A stretch of DNA of 64,000 bases, taken from an uncultured Lentisphaeraceae bacterium. GTDB taxonomy: Bacteria; Verrucomicrobiota; Kiritimatiellia; RFP12; DVOR01. How positions within the stretch are numbered: position 1 is the stretch's first letter; each line of letters begins with the position of its first letter. This document shows positions 22,416 to 32,273 of this stretch, one piece after another. The stretch spans positions 3,392-67,391 of the forward strand of contig CALBHX010000028.1 in the NCBI GenBank assembly GCA_937892925.1. The letters run 5' to 3'. The notes below the pieces were generated by a model that saw only the letters and a program-made list of their open reading frames with translations, did not search any database and was not told the DNA's origin. The position numbers and the translations under genes are program-made.

Positions 22416-23524
22416 AGGCGAAGTCTCAATGCTCGATTTCGGAAATTCTCACAGGTCTATTTGTCCTTGCGGTAATTGGTGCGCTCGGATTTTTCACCAT
22501 CATTATCAGCGGCGTGGATTGGCTGAAAGGAACGCAGGCCATCATTCAGGAAGTGCGCTTTGAGAACGTAGGAGCCCTCAAGGTGCAGGATCCGGTTTTC
22601 GTCCGCGGGATGAAGATAGGCAATGTGCAGAGGCTTCGACTGGAACCGGACGGTGTGTGCGTAACACTCCATCTCTCGGAGCCAATCCAACTGAAAAAAG
22701 ACTACGCCTTTTCCATTGCCAAAACGTCCATGCTGGGCGGAAGCTGCGTGGAGATTCGGCAGGGGGATGCAGCTGAGCCCCTCCCCGAAGGCACACCGCT
22801 GCGTGGCATCACTCCGGTAGATACGCTTCAGGAATTAGGCGAACTGGTCTCAACATTGCGTCAATCGATCGATGCCCCAACCATTCGGAGCACGTTAACC
22901 AACGTGCAGCGTGCGTCCGATGACGTAGCCGAACTGACCGGACGACTCCGCCGGGGAGAAGGACTAGTCGGCAAACTGCTCTCTGCGGAAGATACCACTT
23001 ATGCAGATCTCCGGGGAACATTAGCCAATCTTCACACTCTCACGCAAGGCCTGTCCAATGGAAAAGGTTTGCTTGGCCGCCTCCTGAACGAGCAAGATCC
23101 CGCAGCGGAGAACTTCTCCGCCACACTCGCCAGTTTACGCGACCTTGCAGAAGGTCTGCGTAATGGGCGCGGGTTACTCGGCAAATTGATGCGGGAAGAC
23201 GATACCTCCTATGCCGATTTGCGCGCGTCCTTGGCCAACATCCGTTCCGTCACAGCCAAGCTGAATGATCCTGCCTGCGGCCTGGGACGTCTGTTATCAC
23301 AAGATTCCAAGTTGGTGGAGAACCTGGAAGTTACTGCCGAAAACTTGCGAAACGTTTCAACCAAACTCGAACGAGGCGAGGGAACACTTGGCAAGTTGGT
23401 AAATGACGACGCCGTAGCGAACGAAATTGAAGCCACCCTGCGCGATGTTCGGCAAGTCATCGATAATCTACGCGACACCGCCCCCATCACCACCTTCTCT
23501 TCTCTTTTTTTCAATGGACTCTAA
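22406..23524 (+). CDS. mlaD: MlaD (MCE-domain protein) with a long C-terminal repeat/coiled-coil extension
   Basis: N-terminal TM segment plus MCE domain (VRFENVGALKVQDPVFVRGMKIGNVQRL), followed by about 6 repeats of LxxLxxGxGLLGxLL.... Confidence 0.8.
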   Translation: MPMKAKSQCSISEILTGLFVLAVIGALGFFTIIISGVDWLKGTQAIIQEVRFENVGALKVQDPVFVRGMKIGNVQRLRLEPDGVCVTLHLSEPIQLKKDYAFSIAKTSMLGGSCVEIRQGDAAEPLPEGTPLRGITPVDTLQELGELVSTLRQSIDAPTIRSTLTNVQRASDDVAELTGRLRRGEGLVGKLLSAEDTTYADLRGTLANLHTLTQGLSNGKGLLGRLLNEQDPAAENFSATLASLRDLAEGLRNGRGLLGKLMREDDTSYADLRASLANIRSVTAKLNDPACGLGRLLSQDSKLVENLEVTAENLRNVSTKLERGEGTLGKLVNDDAVANEIEATLRDVRQVIDNLRDTAPITTFSSLFFNGL

Positions 23525-24157
23525 GTGTGATTCGCTCTGAATGTCATCGACAAGGTCTTGGAACTGTCTGGTTCGTGTAACCGACACATCTGAACATCAT
23601 TCTGGAAAAATTGAAATCGCGGGGGCGTTAAAACCTGAATTCCCCGCCACAAGGAACCAGCATCCATAAACAAGGGTACGCTGCCTCCAGGGCATTACAC
23701 CGTTCGGAACCGTATCGTCCTCTCATATTCAGAACACCCACCGTTTTACAACAGGTAGACCATCGATACGCGTGCGATGGATGCCTGTCTGAACGCTGGC
23801 ATATACCATACAGACAGAAAGAAAAAACCTTTATGTCCCCGATCGAGCGAACATCGTTGTAGCCCCATATAATACAACGTTACGATGCGCTTCAAACACC
23901 GCTTAGCCTCGCCCTCACACATCCCCATTTCTGCGGCAACAACGCATTCATTTAAGCCGAACCGTTCACCTGTGTCAGCGATTTCAACCCGTACAAAACC
24001 AAAAACAACCTGTTGGCCACGCGTCTCTCTCTCTCACCAACCTCCTCCTCTAAACGATCTCTTCAAGCCTGTCGATTCATTGAGGTATCACTCAAGTGCC
24101 CAAACAGCCCTTCAAACACACCTCTCCCCTCAAACAGACGCCCCGCCAATATACGCC

Positions 24158-24191
24158 AAAATCCGGAGGCACATATAACGCCTCCGGATTT
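24158..24191. terminator. rho-independent terminator downstream of the histone-like dksA gene
   Basis: Perfect 11-bp inverted repeat AATCCGGAGGC-N9-GCCTCCGGATT flanked by A-run and T-run, 37 nt past the minus-strand stop at 24228. Confidence 0.7.
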
Positions 24192-24227
24192 ATTATCCAA
24201 CCTCAGCAACAACACTCCGTGCTCTTC

Positions 24228-25334
24228 CTACGCGTTCTGCTGTCGCCGATTCTTTGCCTCCTTCTTCTTCGCCTCATACTCTGTTTTGCACTTTACACAA
24301 CGGATGGCAAAAGGATATGACTTCAGACGATCACGCGTAATAAGGCAGCCGCAGACCTGACAAATACCGTACGTTTTCTCTTTGATAGCGGTCAAAGCAT
24401 CATTCACCGAATTGAGCTGATCCTGAAGATCATTTGCCCGATTCAAATCTGCCGTACGAGTAAAGGTGTTCGTGCCATCCTCCTCCACGTTCTCCTCATC
24501 AGCCCGGCTCAACGCTTCGCCACGAATCGCACGCTGACGGCGGAGAATCTCTTCTCGACGCTCCAACAACCGCAGCTTGAAATCCTCTAAATCCGCATCG
24601 CTGAATCGCTGTTTCCCCCCCTTTGGGAAGCGTGTACTTCCCTGCGCAGCTCTTTTTCCCAACACTGCACTCGGTTTGATGACCGGATAACGCGGCTGTA
24701 AATGTGTTACAGGCTTCGCCGAAACCGAAACAGCCTTGTCCGACGTTCCGGTTGGCTTGGACAAGGCTTTTTTGGCAGGAACAGCCTTGATGGCCGTCTT
24801 CTTTTCAGCAGCCGCGGTGGTTTTTGGAGCTTCAACACGCTTCTTCACAGAAGCTCCGGCCTTTGATGCAGACTTCGCCGTTACCTTTTCATCCACCTTT
24901 TTGGCCGATGCTTTAGCAACCCCCTTGGATGCCGCAATCTTCTTTGCCGGGACTTCCTTCTTGGCCGACACCACGGACTTTTTAACCACAGCCACCGTTT
25001 TTTTCACGGCAGACTTCGCCGCAGGCTTAACCCCAGAAGATTTTTTCACCGCGGCCGGCTTTTTTCCCCCTGCAACCGCCTTCACCGGTTGTTTTTTTAC
25101 AGCTGTCTGCAACACCGACTTCTTCGCTGTGAGAACTTTAGCGGCCGGCTTTTTCACACCAGCCGTTTTGCTCGAACCGGAGGCCGAAGTCTTCTTGACT
25201 GCGGAGGCACCCAAAGACGTCTTTACGGAAGGAGATTTCGCGGCGGTTTTCCCCGAACTCTTTTTCACCGAGGCTTTTTTCTCTTTCGGGGCGGATGTCT
25301 TTTTTGACACAGGCTTTTTAGTGGTGGTTGCCAT
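24228..25334 (-). CDS. histone H1-like Lys/Ala-rich N-terminal domain fused to a DksA/TraR-family C4 zinc finger
   Basis: About 190 aa of KKxA/AKK repeats, then a DksA-like coiled-coil region and CQVCGCLITRDRLKSYPFAIRCVKC (Cx2Cx17Cx2C). ATG 25334 has GAGGAGG 9 nt upstream. Confidence 0.7.
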   Translation of the reverse strand: MATTTKKPVSKKTSAPKEKKASVKKSSGKTAAKSPSVKTSLGASAVKKTSASGSSKTAGVKKPAAKVLTAKKSVLQTAVKKQPVKAVAGGKKPAAVKKSSGVKPAAKSAVKKTVAVVKKSVVSAKKEVPAKKIAASKGVAKASAKKVDEKVTAKSASKAGASVKKRVEAPKTTAAAEKKTAIKAVPAKKALSKPTGTSDKAVSVSAKPVTHLQPRYPVIKPSAVLGKRAAQGSTRFPKGGKQRFSDADLEDFKLRLLERREEILRRQRAIRGEALSRADEENVEEDGTNTFTRTADLNRANDLQDQLNSVNDALTAIKEKTYGICQVCGCLITRDRLKSYPFAIRCVKCKTEYEAKKKEAKNRRQQNA

Positions 25335-25593
25335 AATGCAGAACCTCCTCAAGATGAGCATCATGTCACGCAGATGCGGCAGTTGTCGGGCCCTCCCTCA
25401 CAACCCCAACATGTTATCAAAAACGGCCCCCTTTATGCAAGACTTCTCACACGTCAAGCCAGGCAGAAAACCCGCCTGCCTCCTCGTCCGAAAGTTCATC
25501 TGCTTTGTCAAAACACGTTTCAATCCACACCTTTAGGTTCCGATGCCGCCCAGCGCCACCCATCCAGCGAATATATGCTATCATGCCCATACC

Positions 25594-26973
25594 ATGCGCG
25601 TTGCCTTCTGTTATCCGCCCATTCCCTCCGCCAAAGGCGTCCCTCTGCTTTCTCAAAACCGGCAGTTTCAGTGGTTCAGCAGGCCTACGGCCATTTATCC
25701 CGTTGTCCCTGCCAGCGCCGCCACCCTGCTCAAAAACCGCGGCTATGACGTACTCTGGCTAGATGGCATCGCACAACAGCTCTCGCCAGAAGCCTATTGG
25801 GAACGCCTCTGTGCCTGGAAGCCCGAGGTTGTCTTTCTCGAAACCAAAACGCCTGTGGTCCATTTCCATTGGCGTTGGGTTCAGGAACTCAAGCAGCGGC
25901 TCCCCGCCTGCCGCGTGGTTCTGGCAGGCGATCACGTCACAGCCCTTCCTGAAGAGACCCTTGCCGCCGCCCCGGTCGATGCTGTTCTGCACGGCGGCGA
26001 TTACGATTTTTCCCTGCTTGCCTGGTTGGAAAAGCGCCCCGTTTCCATCGATCTTGCAGCGCTTCCTCTCATCGACCGCACCCTGACGCGATGGAAAGAC
26101 TACGCCTTCAGTAACGGAAACTTTCTGCAGACCCCAGGAGCTTACATCATGGCTGGGCGCGACTGTTGGCACGGCAAATGTACATTCTGTTCTTGGACCA
26201 CTCTCTACCCGACCTATCGTATCCGCCCCGTTGAAACCGTTTTGGATGAAGTCGGTATGCTGATCCGCCTAGGAGCAAAAGAAATTATGGATGACACCGG
26301 GAGCTTCCCCATTGGGAGCTGGCTGCACACGTTCTGCGAAGGCATGATCGCTCGCGGTTACCACCGGCGTGTCCGAATGAACTGCAATCTGCGATTCGGC
26401 GCCCTTCATGAGGCAGACTATCGTCTCATGCGCAAAGCTGGCTTCCGCATGATACTCTTTGGCGTAGAATCCGCAAACGCCGAGACGTTAGCACGCCTGA
26501 ACAAAGGGCTTTCCCCGGAACAAATCGTGCAAGGCGCCCGCATGGCCTCCGCTGCGGGGCTGGACGTTCACATTACCCTGATGTTCGGCTATCCTTGGGA
26601 AACCCTTGAAGATGCCCGGCGCACGGTAGCCCTTGGCCGCGACCTCCTGCGCCGGGGATACGCCGCCACCCTTCAAGCCACCTGGCTCGTTCCCTACCCC
26701 GGAACACCCCTCTTTCGCGAACTCAAAGCCTCCGGCCAGCTCCTCACCGAAAACTGGGACGCTTACGACATGCGCGCCCCCGTCATGCGTTCTCCCCTCT
26801 CCGAAGCAGACATCCGCCGTCTGATTTCCGAGGCCTACCGAAGCCATCTCCAACCCCAAGTTCTCCTCCGCCAAGCAGTACGCGCACTCCTTCACCCAAC
26901 CTATCTGCAAAAAAGTTTCCGTGCGCTTACCGGTCATTTACGCGACTTCCGTCAATCCCCATCCATCACCTAA
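25594..26973 (+). CDS. B12-binding-domain radical SAM protein
   Basis: N-terminal B12-binding-like domain (MRVAFCYPP..., VVLAGDHVTALPEE) and a radical-SAM cysteine cluster in GRDCWHGKCTFCSW. Start taken at ATG 25594. Confidence 0.55.
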   Translation: MRVAFCYPPIPSAKGVPLLSQNRQFQWFSRPTAIYPVVPASAATLLKNRGYDVLWLDGIAQQLSPEAYWERLCAWKPEVVFLETKTPVVHFHWRWVQELKQRLPACRVVLAGDHVTALPEETLAAAPVDAVLHGGDYDFSLLAWLEKRPVSIDLAALPLIDRTLTRWKDYAFSNGNFLQTPGAYIMAGRDCWHGKCTFCSWTTLYPTYRIRPVETVLDEVGMLIRLGAKEIMDDTGSFPIGSWLHTFCEGMIARGYHRRVRMNCNLRFGALHEADYRLMRKAGFRMILFGVESANAETLARLNKGLSPEQIVQGARMASAAGLDVHITLMFGYPWETLEDARRTVALGRDLLRRGYAATLQATWLVPYPGTPLFRELKASGQLLTENWDAYDMRAPVMRSPLSEADIRRLISEAYRSHLQPQVLLRQAVRALLHPTYLQKSFRALTGHLRDFRQSPSIT

Positions 26974-27000
26974 ACATCCCCGCCAGCCCCTGAAATCCGC

Positions 27001-27594
27001 CTACCGCAACCGAAACGCACAATCGTAAATCGGATCGCCTTTCGACCGGAATAACAATTCAAAATCCGTCTGCTCATCCTCTGAGCGAACTAACGGCGCA
27101 ATCGCCTCAAACCGCACATCCTCCGAAAGATAGCGCTGCATCTCACGAAAATAATCTGCGTGATCCGTTGAAATATAAATTGCACCGCCCGGAATCAAAA
27201 TCCGCGCCAACACCTCACACATCTCCCGCTGAAAAAACCGATTCTTATGATGTCGCCGCTTCGGCCAGGGATCCGGGAAAAAGAGATACATGGCATGAAC
27301 AGAAGCCGGCGGCAACAACTCCCGGACAAACCGCCCCGCTTCCACTCGAACAAACAGCAGATTCTCCAGCGCCCCCTGCTTTGCCTTTTTGGAGCATTTG
27401 CGCAAACGCTCCATCATCCGTTCCACCCCAAGGTAAAACTGTTTCGGGTGTTTCGCCGCATTCGCCGCCAAGAAACGTCCGTTCCCGCATCCAATTTCAA
27501 TTTCCAGCGGCATGCCGGCTGGAACATATGCCGAGAGATCAAATACGTTATCTGCTTCTTTCAGTTCAACCACATGAGGCAACAAATCATTCAT
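27001..27594 (-). CDS. trmB: tRNA (guanine46-N7)-methyltransferase
   Basis: IEIGCGNGRFL SAM-binding motif and FFPDPWPKRRHHKNRF, typical of TrmB. Confidence 0.85.
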   Translation of the reverse strand: MNDLLPHVVELKEADNVFDLSAYVPAGMPLEIEIGCGNGRFLAANAAKHPKQFYLGVERMMERLRKCSKKAKQGALENLLFVRVEAGRFVRELLPPASVHAMYLFFPDPWPKRRHHKNRFFQREMCEVLARILIPGGAIYISTDHADYFREMQRYLSEDVRFEAIAPLVRSEDEQTDFELLFRSKGDPIYDCAFRLR

Positions 27595-27857
27595 GTTTCA
27601 AGTATACCACATTTTCGCTCATCAGCCGCCCCAACCTCAGAAGCCCCACACCCCTACCCCTTCAGAATCCCAACCACGACAGCAGCATTCCTCTATCTTT
27701 CCGGAATACGGGATCGACCAATCCGACCCTCACAACCTCAAATCCTTTTCTATGATGCAGCCTCACACTCCGCACGCGTGGACGAATCGAGCTTCAATGG
27801 GTGACACACTGAACAGTTGAAACGTTTTTCCATAACTCTAACCCTGAAATCAAAGAA

Positions 27858-27889
27858 ACAGGAGGGCGCGGAATTCCCGCGCCCTCCTG
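27858..27889. terminator. rho-independent terminator downstream of rpoC
   Basis: 13-bp inverted repeat CAGGAGGGCGCGG-GAATTC-CCGCGCCCTCCTG; the minus-strand transcript follows it with a U-rich tract. Confidence 0.65.
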
Positions 27890-27914
27890 TTTTTAGAGAT
27901 GCTTGCGCCCCCGC

Positions 27915-30900
27915 TCAGTTGATCTCCGGCTCATCACCGGATGCATCCGTTTCCGAGACCTGCGGAACCGGAATGAGATCAGAAAGCGCATCCGTATCGG
28001 AAACCAACTCCTCTTCGGGAATTTCAATCGCATCCGTTGAGATACCGTTCGCATCCTTCTTGCCGTAAACAGCATCCATCTCATCCTGTGAGATCGGTGT
28101 GCCCAAGGGCACCATCTTGATATAACGATGCATCGGGAAGCCCGTGCCGCCGGGAATCAGATGGCCGAGAATGACATTCTCCTTGAACCCTCGCAGCTCA
28201 TCCACACGTCCCATGGTAGAAGCTTCGGTGAGGACACGTGTGGTGTCCTGGAAGGATGCTGCGGAGATGAAAGAATCCGTCTCCAGCGAGGCCTTGGTGA
28301 TACCCAGCAGAATGGGATTACCAACGGCCTTACATTTGCCCTCTCGGCCCACGCGCTCGTTGGTTTCCTCATAAACGTGCCGGGACACCTGCTCGCCATA
28401 GAGGAAATCGGTATCTCCGGGAGAATCAATGCGGACCTTACGAAGCATCTGGCGGATAATGATCTCAATGTGCTTGTCGTTGATCTGCACTTCCTGCAGA
28501 CGATAGACCTGCTGCACCTCATTCACCAGATACCGTTGGAGCTCCTGCGGGCCGCAGACCTCCAGGATGTCCTGCGGAGAAATCGAGCCCTCCGTGAGAG
28601 GCTGCCCGCGCTTAACATGGTCGCCTTTATAGACTACCACCTGCGTAGAGAGCGGAATCAAATGGCGCTCAGACATTTTGGTGATGGGATCGCTGACCAC
28701 CAGCACACGCTTACCGCGCTCATTCTCAGCAAAGTCGATGATGCCGTCAATATGCGAGATCTCGGCCACATCCTTTGGCGTACGCGCTTCGAAAAGTTCG
28801 GCCACGCGAGGCAGACCGCCCGTGATGTCGTGCGTCTTGTTTTCACCACGCGGCGTCTTAGCCAACGTCTCACCAGGTCTGACCACGGCGCCATTAGCCA
28901 CCATCACACTGGCTCCTGCCGGAATGGTATAGACATCGGCAGTCTTCAACTGCGTGATATCAACGGTTGCAGGGTCAGCGCCTTCGGGCAGCGTCTTGAC
29001 AACGAGGCGCGGGTGGAGCTTCGTACGCGACTCAATGACCACACGCATCCGAGCCCCGGAAGTCTCGTCAATCTTGGAGACCACCGTGATGCCCTCTTCG
29101 AAGTCTTCTTCCACCACCAGGCCCGCCACATCGGTAATAATCGGCACAGAGTGCGGATCCCATACAGCGAGCTTATCGCCCTTCGCAATTTTCCCATTGT
29201 CAGGAACGAACAACGTAGAGCCCATCTGAATGGAATATTCCACCAGCGTATTGCCCTTCTCGTCCGAAATGGTAATGGAGCCGTTACGGTTGAGTACAAT
29301 AATCGAACCGTCCTCCGCGCGAACTGTGCGCAGGTCGTGATAGTGCACCACACCGCCAGTCGTTACCTGGATCTCGGAACTCTCCGCCAACGTGGAAGCC
29401 GTACCGCCAACGTGGAACGTACGCATCGTCAGCTGTGTGCCCGGCTCACCAATGGACTGCGCAGCAATGATTCCAACAGCGGTGCCGATTTCAACCGTTT
29501 TACCCGTAGAGAGGTCTCGCCCATAGCACTTAGCGCACATACCATGTTTACAAGCGCACGTAAGGCCGGAACGGATGGAAACGCGCTCAATACCGGCAGC
29601 CTCAATGCGTTTGGCTTTGGCCTCGTCAATTTCTTCATTGGCTTCAACGATGACTTCACCGGTCTTCGGGTCGCAGATTTCGCTGAGTGCGGTGCGGCCG
29701 ATAATACGCTTGGCAAGCGAGAGCTTTACTTCGTTGCCTTCGACCACGGCCTCCACGTCAATACCAGAAACCGTATTGCAATCCTGCTGCGTGATAATGA
29801 CATCTTGCGCCACGTCCACAAGCTTACGCGTCATGTAGCCGGCATCTGCCGTCTTCAACGCCGTATCGGCCAGACCCTTACGGGCGCCGTGAGAAGAAAT
29901 GAAGTATTCGAGCACCGAGAGGCCTTCGCGGAAGGAGGCGGTAATCGGCGTTTCAATAATTTCACCGTTCGGCTTAGCCATCAAGCCGCGCATACCGGCC
30001 AACTGGCGGATCTGCGTCCGCGAACCACGCGCCTTGGAATCTGCCATCATGTAAATGGGGTTGATATCCGTAGGCTTGTCGTTATCCGGAGAAATATTCT
30101 GCTCAATGGTCTTGTAGAGCGAATCGGCAATTCGTTCAGTGGCAGAGGACCAGATATCCGTAATCTTACCCTTCCGTTCACCTTCGGTGATGATACCCTG
30201 CTTGAACTGTTTGGTAACCTTCGCCACCTCCTTCTCAGAGGCTTCCAGGATTTTATCCTTATCCTTCGGGCGAATCATGTCCTTGATGCCCATCGATGCG
30301 CCGGACTGGCAAGCCCATTCAAAGCCAAGGGCTTTCAGTTTATCCAGCATCTCAATCGTCCGGTCGTGGCCGACCGTCTGGTGACAGGAGACGATCAGCT
30401 TGCCCAATGTGGACTTCGTAACCTTCTCGTTGAAGAAGCCCATTTCTGCAGGCCACACTTCATTAAAGATGACGCGCCCCACAAGCGTAACGATCACCTT
30501 GGCCGTAGGATCGCCGTTCTTCCGTTCAGGTTTCCCGTAATCGGGGTTCTTGAACCAGATGCGGTCATGAACTTTCAGGGCACCATCATTAAAGGCCAGC
30601 ATCACTTCGTCTGTTGAGCCAAAAAGCGGCAAACGATCCTTGATTGGATCGGGCGCAACCCCCTTGCCCAACGGCTTTCCAGCGTTTTTATCCGCCTGCG
30701 AAGGCACCGTGAGGAAGTAGCACCCCAGAGCAATATCCTGCGTCGGCGTCTTGTTGGAATCGCCACTTGCGGGAGAGAAAATCGAGTTGGTCGAGAGCAT
30801 CAACAGCCGACTTTCCAGCTGCGCTTCCACCGAAAGCGGCACATGCACAGCCATCTGGTCACCATCGAAGTCCGCATTGAACGGCGTGCAGACCATCGGA

Positions 30901-32255
30901 TGCAGCCGAATCGCTTCACCCTCAATCAGCACCGGTTCAAACGACTGAATCGAAAGGCGGTGCAGCGTGGGCGCACGGTTCAGCATCACCGTCTTGCCCT
31001 TCGTTACCTCTTCGAGGATATCCCAGACTTCCGGCTTCTGCTGCTCAATCATCTTCTTTGCCGTACGCACCGTATGGCAAAGCCCCAGCTCCTTCAGCCG
31101 GCGAATGATAAACGGCTCGAAAAGCGTCAGAGCCATCTTCTTCGGCAAGCCGCACTGATGCAGCTTCAGATGCGGCCCAACCACAATAACCGAACGGCCG
31201 GAGTAGTCTACGCGCTTGCCCAGCAGGTTCTGGCGGAAACGCCCCGTTTTACCCTTCAGCATGTCGCTGAGAGACTTCAGGGGGCGGCTTCCAGCACCGG
31301 CTACCGCACGCCCATGGCGGCCATTGTCAAAAACCGCATCCACCGCTTCCTGAAGCATCCGCTTTTCATTACGGATAATCACATCCGGCGTCTTCAGAAG
31401 AAGCAAATTCCGCAACCGATTGTTACGATTGATCACCCGGCGATACAAATCATTCAGGTCAGACGTCGCAAAACGCCCGCCTTCCAACGGCACCAACGGG
31501 CGGAGCTCCGGCGGGATCACCGGCAACGCTTCCAAGATCATCCATTCGGGCTTCGCGCCGGATGCACGGAACCCTTCAACGATCTTCATGCGCTTCGTGA
31601 TTTTTTTCTTATTCTGCTTGGACTTGGTGTTCTCGATCTCCTCTTCAAGCTTGGCCATCAGCTCGTCCAGATCGATGCGCCGCAAGCAGGTTCGGATCAC
31701 TTCCGCGCCCATGCCCGCCTCAAAGGCCTCCGCGCCGTACTTGGAGACCGCCTCGTTGTATTCGGCTTCCGAAAGCAGCTGATTTTCCTTCAGCGGCGTT
31801 TCTCCCGGATCCGTAACCAGATAGTCTTCGTAATACAACACGCGCTCAAGCACCGTACTGGACAGATCCAGGATCGCGCCGATGCGGCTTGGATTGCACT
31901 TGAAGAACCAGATATGGCTCACCGGAACCGCCAGCTCAATATGCCCCATCCGCTCACGGCGAACACGCGCCTGCGTCACCTCCACGCCGCAGCGATCGCA
32001 GATGATGCCTTTATGCTTGATGCGCTTATATTTGCCGCACGCGCATTCCCAGTCCTTCGTCGGGCCGAAAATACGTTCGCAAAATAACCCATCGCGCTCC
32101 GGGCGATACGAGCGATAGTTGATGGTTTCCGGGTTTTTCACTTCACCGTGCGACCATCCGCGGATGGTCTCGGGCGAGGCAAGCGTGATACTCACCGCGT
32201 CATACTGTGCATTGGCGGGAAGCTTAAACATTTCCTTTGTGGCGTAAGCACTCAC
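27915..32255 (-). CDS. rpoC: DNA-directed RNA polymerase beta' subunit
   Basis: 1446 aa with conserved [12 protein letters not shown] catalytic motif, zinc-binding CxxC motifs and other conserved beta' regions. Confidence 0.97.
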   Translation of the reverse strand: MSAYATKEMFKLPANAQYDAVSITLASPETIRGWSHGEVKNPETINYRSYRPERDGLFCERIFGPTKDWECACGKYKRIKHKGIICDRCGVEVTQARVRRERMGHIELAVPVSHIWFFKCNPSRIGAILDLSSTVLERVLYYEDYLVTDPGETPLKENQLLSEAEYNEAVSKYGAEAFEAGMGAEVIRTCLRRIDLDELMAKLEEEIENTKSKQNKKKITKRMKIVEGFRASGAKPEWMILEALPVIPPELRPLVPLEGGRFATSDLNDLYRRVINRNNRLRNLLLLKTPDVIIRNEKRMLQEAVDAVFDNGRHGRAVAGAGSRPLKSLSDMLKGKTGRFRQNLLGKRVDYSGRSVIVVGPHLKLHQCGLPKKMALTLFEPFIIRRLKELGLCHTVRTAKKMIEQQKPEVWDILEEVTKGKTVMLNRAPTLHRLSIQSFEPVLIEGEAIRLHPMVCTPFNADFDGDQMAVHVPLSVEAQLESRLLMLSTNSIFSPASGDSNKTPTQDIALGCYFLTVPSQADKNAGKPLGKGVAPDPIKDRLPLFGSTDEVMLAFNDGALKVHDRIWFKNPDYGKPERKNGDPTAKVIVTLVGRVIFNEVWPAEMGFFNEKVTKSTLGKLIVSCHQTVGHDRTIEMLDKLKALGFEWACQSGASMGIKDMIRPKDKDKILEASEKEVAKVTKQFKQGIITEGERKGKITDIWSSATERIADSLYKTIEQNISPDNDKPTDINPIYMMADSKARGSRTQIRQLAGMRGLMAKPNGEIIETPITASFREGLSVLEYFISSHGARKGLADTALKTADAGYMTRKLVDVAQDVIITQQDCNTVSGIDVEAVVEGNEVKLSLAKRIIGRTALSEICDPKTGEVIVEANEEIDEAKAKRIEAAGIERVSIRSGLTCACKHGMCAKCYGRDLSTGKTVEIGTAVGIIAAQSIGEPGTQLTMRTFHVGGTASTLAESSEIQVTTGGVVHYHDLRTVRAEDGSIIVLNRNGSITISDEKGNTLVEYSIQMGSTLFVPDNGKIAKGDKLAVWDPHSVPIITDVAGLVVEEDFEEGITVVSKIDETSGARMRVVIESRTKLHPRLVVKTLPEGADPATVDITQLKTADVYTIPAGASVMVANGAVVRPGETLAKTPRGENKTHDITGGLPRVAELFEARTPKDVAEISHIDGIIDFAENERGKRVLVVSDPITKMSERHLIPLSTQVVVYKGDHVKRGQPLTEGSISPQDILEVCGPQELQRYLVNEVQQVYRLQEVQINDKHIEIIIRQMLRKVRIDSPGDTDFLYGEQVSRHVYEETNERVGREGKCKAVGNPILLGITKASLETDSFISAASFQDTTRVLTEASTMGRVDELRGFKENVILGHLIPGGTGFPMHRYIKMVPLGTPISQDEMDAVYGKKDANGISTDAIEIPEEELVSDTDALSDLIPVPQVSETDASGDEPEIN

Positions 32256-32273
32256 TGGAAAAACCTCCGGGGA

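Noticed and set aside
23746-24360. Small ORFs 23746..23928 (-), 23885..24178 (+) and 24013..24360 (+) in the AT-richer gap
   Set aside because: No RBS, odd composition, and the last overlaps the terminator and the dksA-like gene. The region is treated as non-coding or possible sRNA instead.
28128-30617. 829-aa plus-strand ORF, together with other long plus-strand ORFs at 30843..32087, 32646..33746 and 34746..36272
   Set aside because: They lie antisense to rpoC and rpoB, whose identity is unambiguous. Long antisense shadow ORFs are expected at this GC content, and these have no protein-family features.
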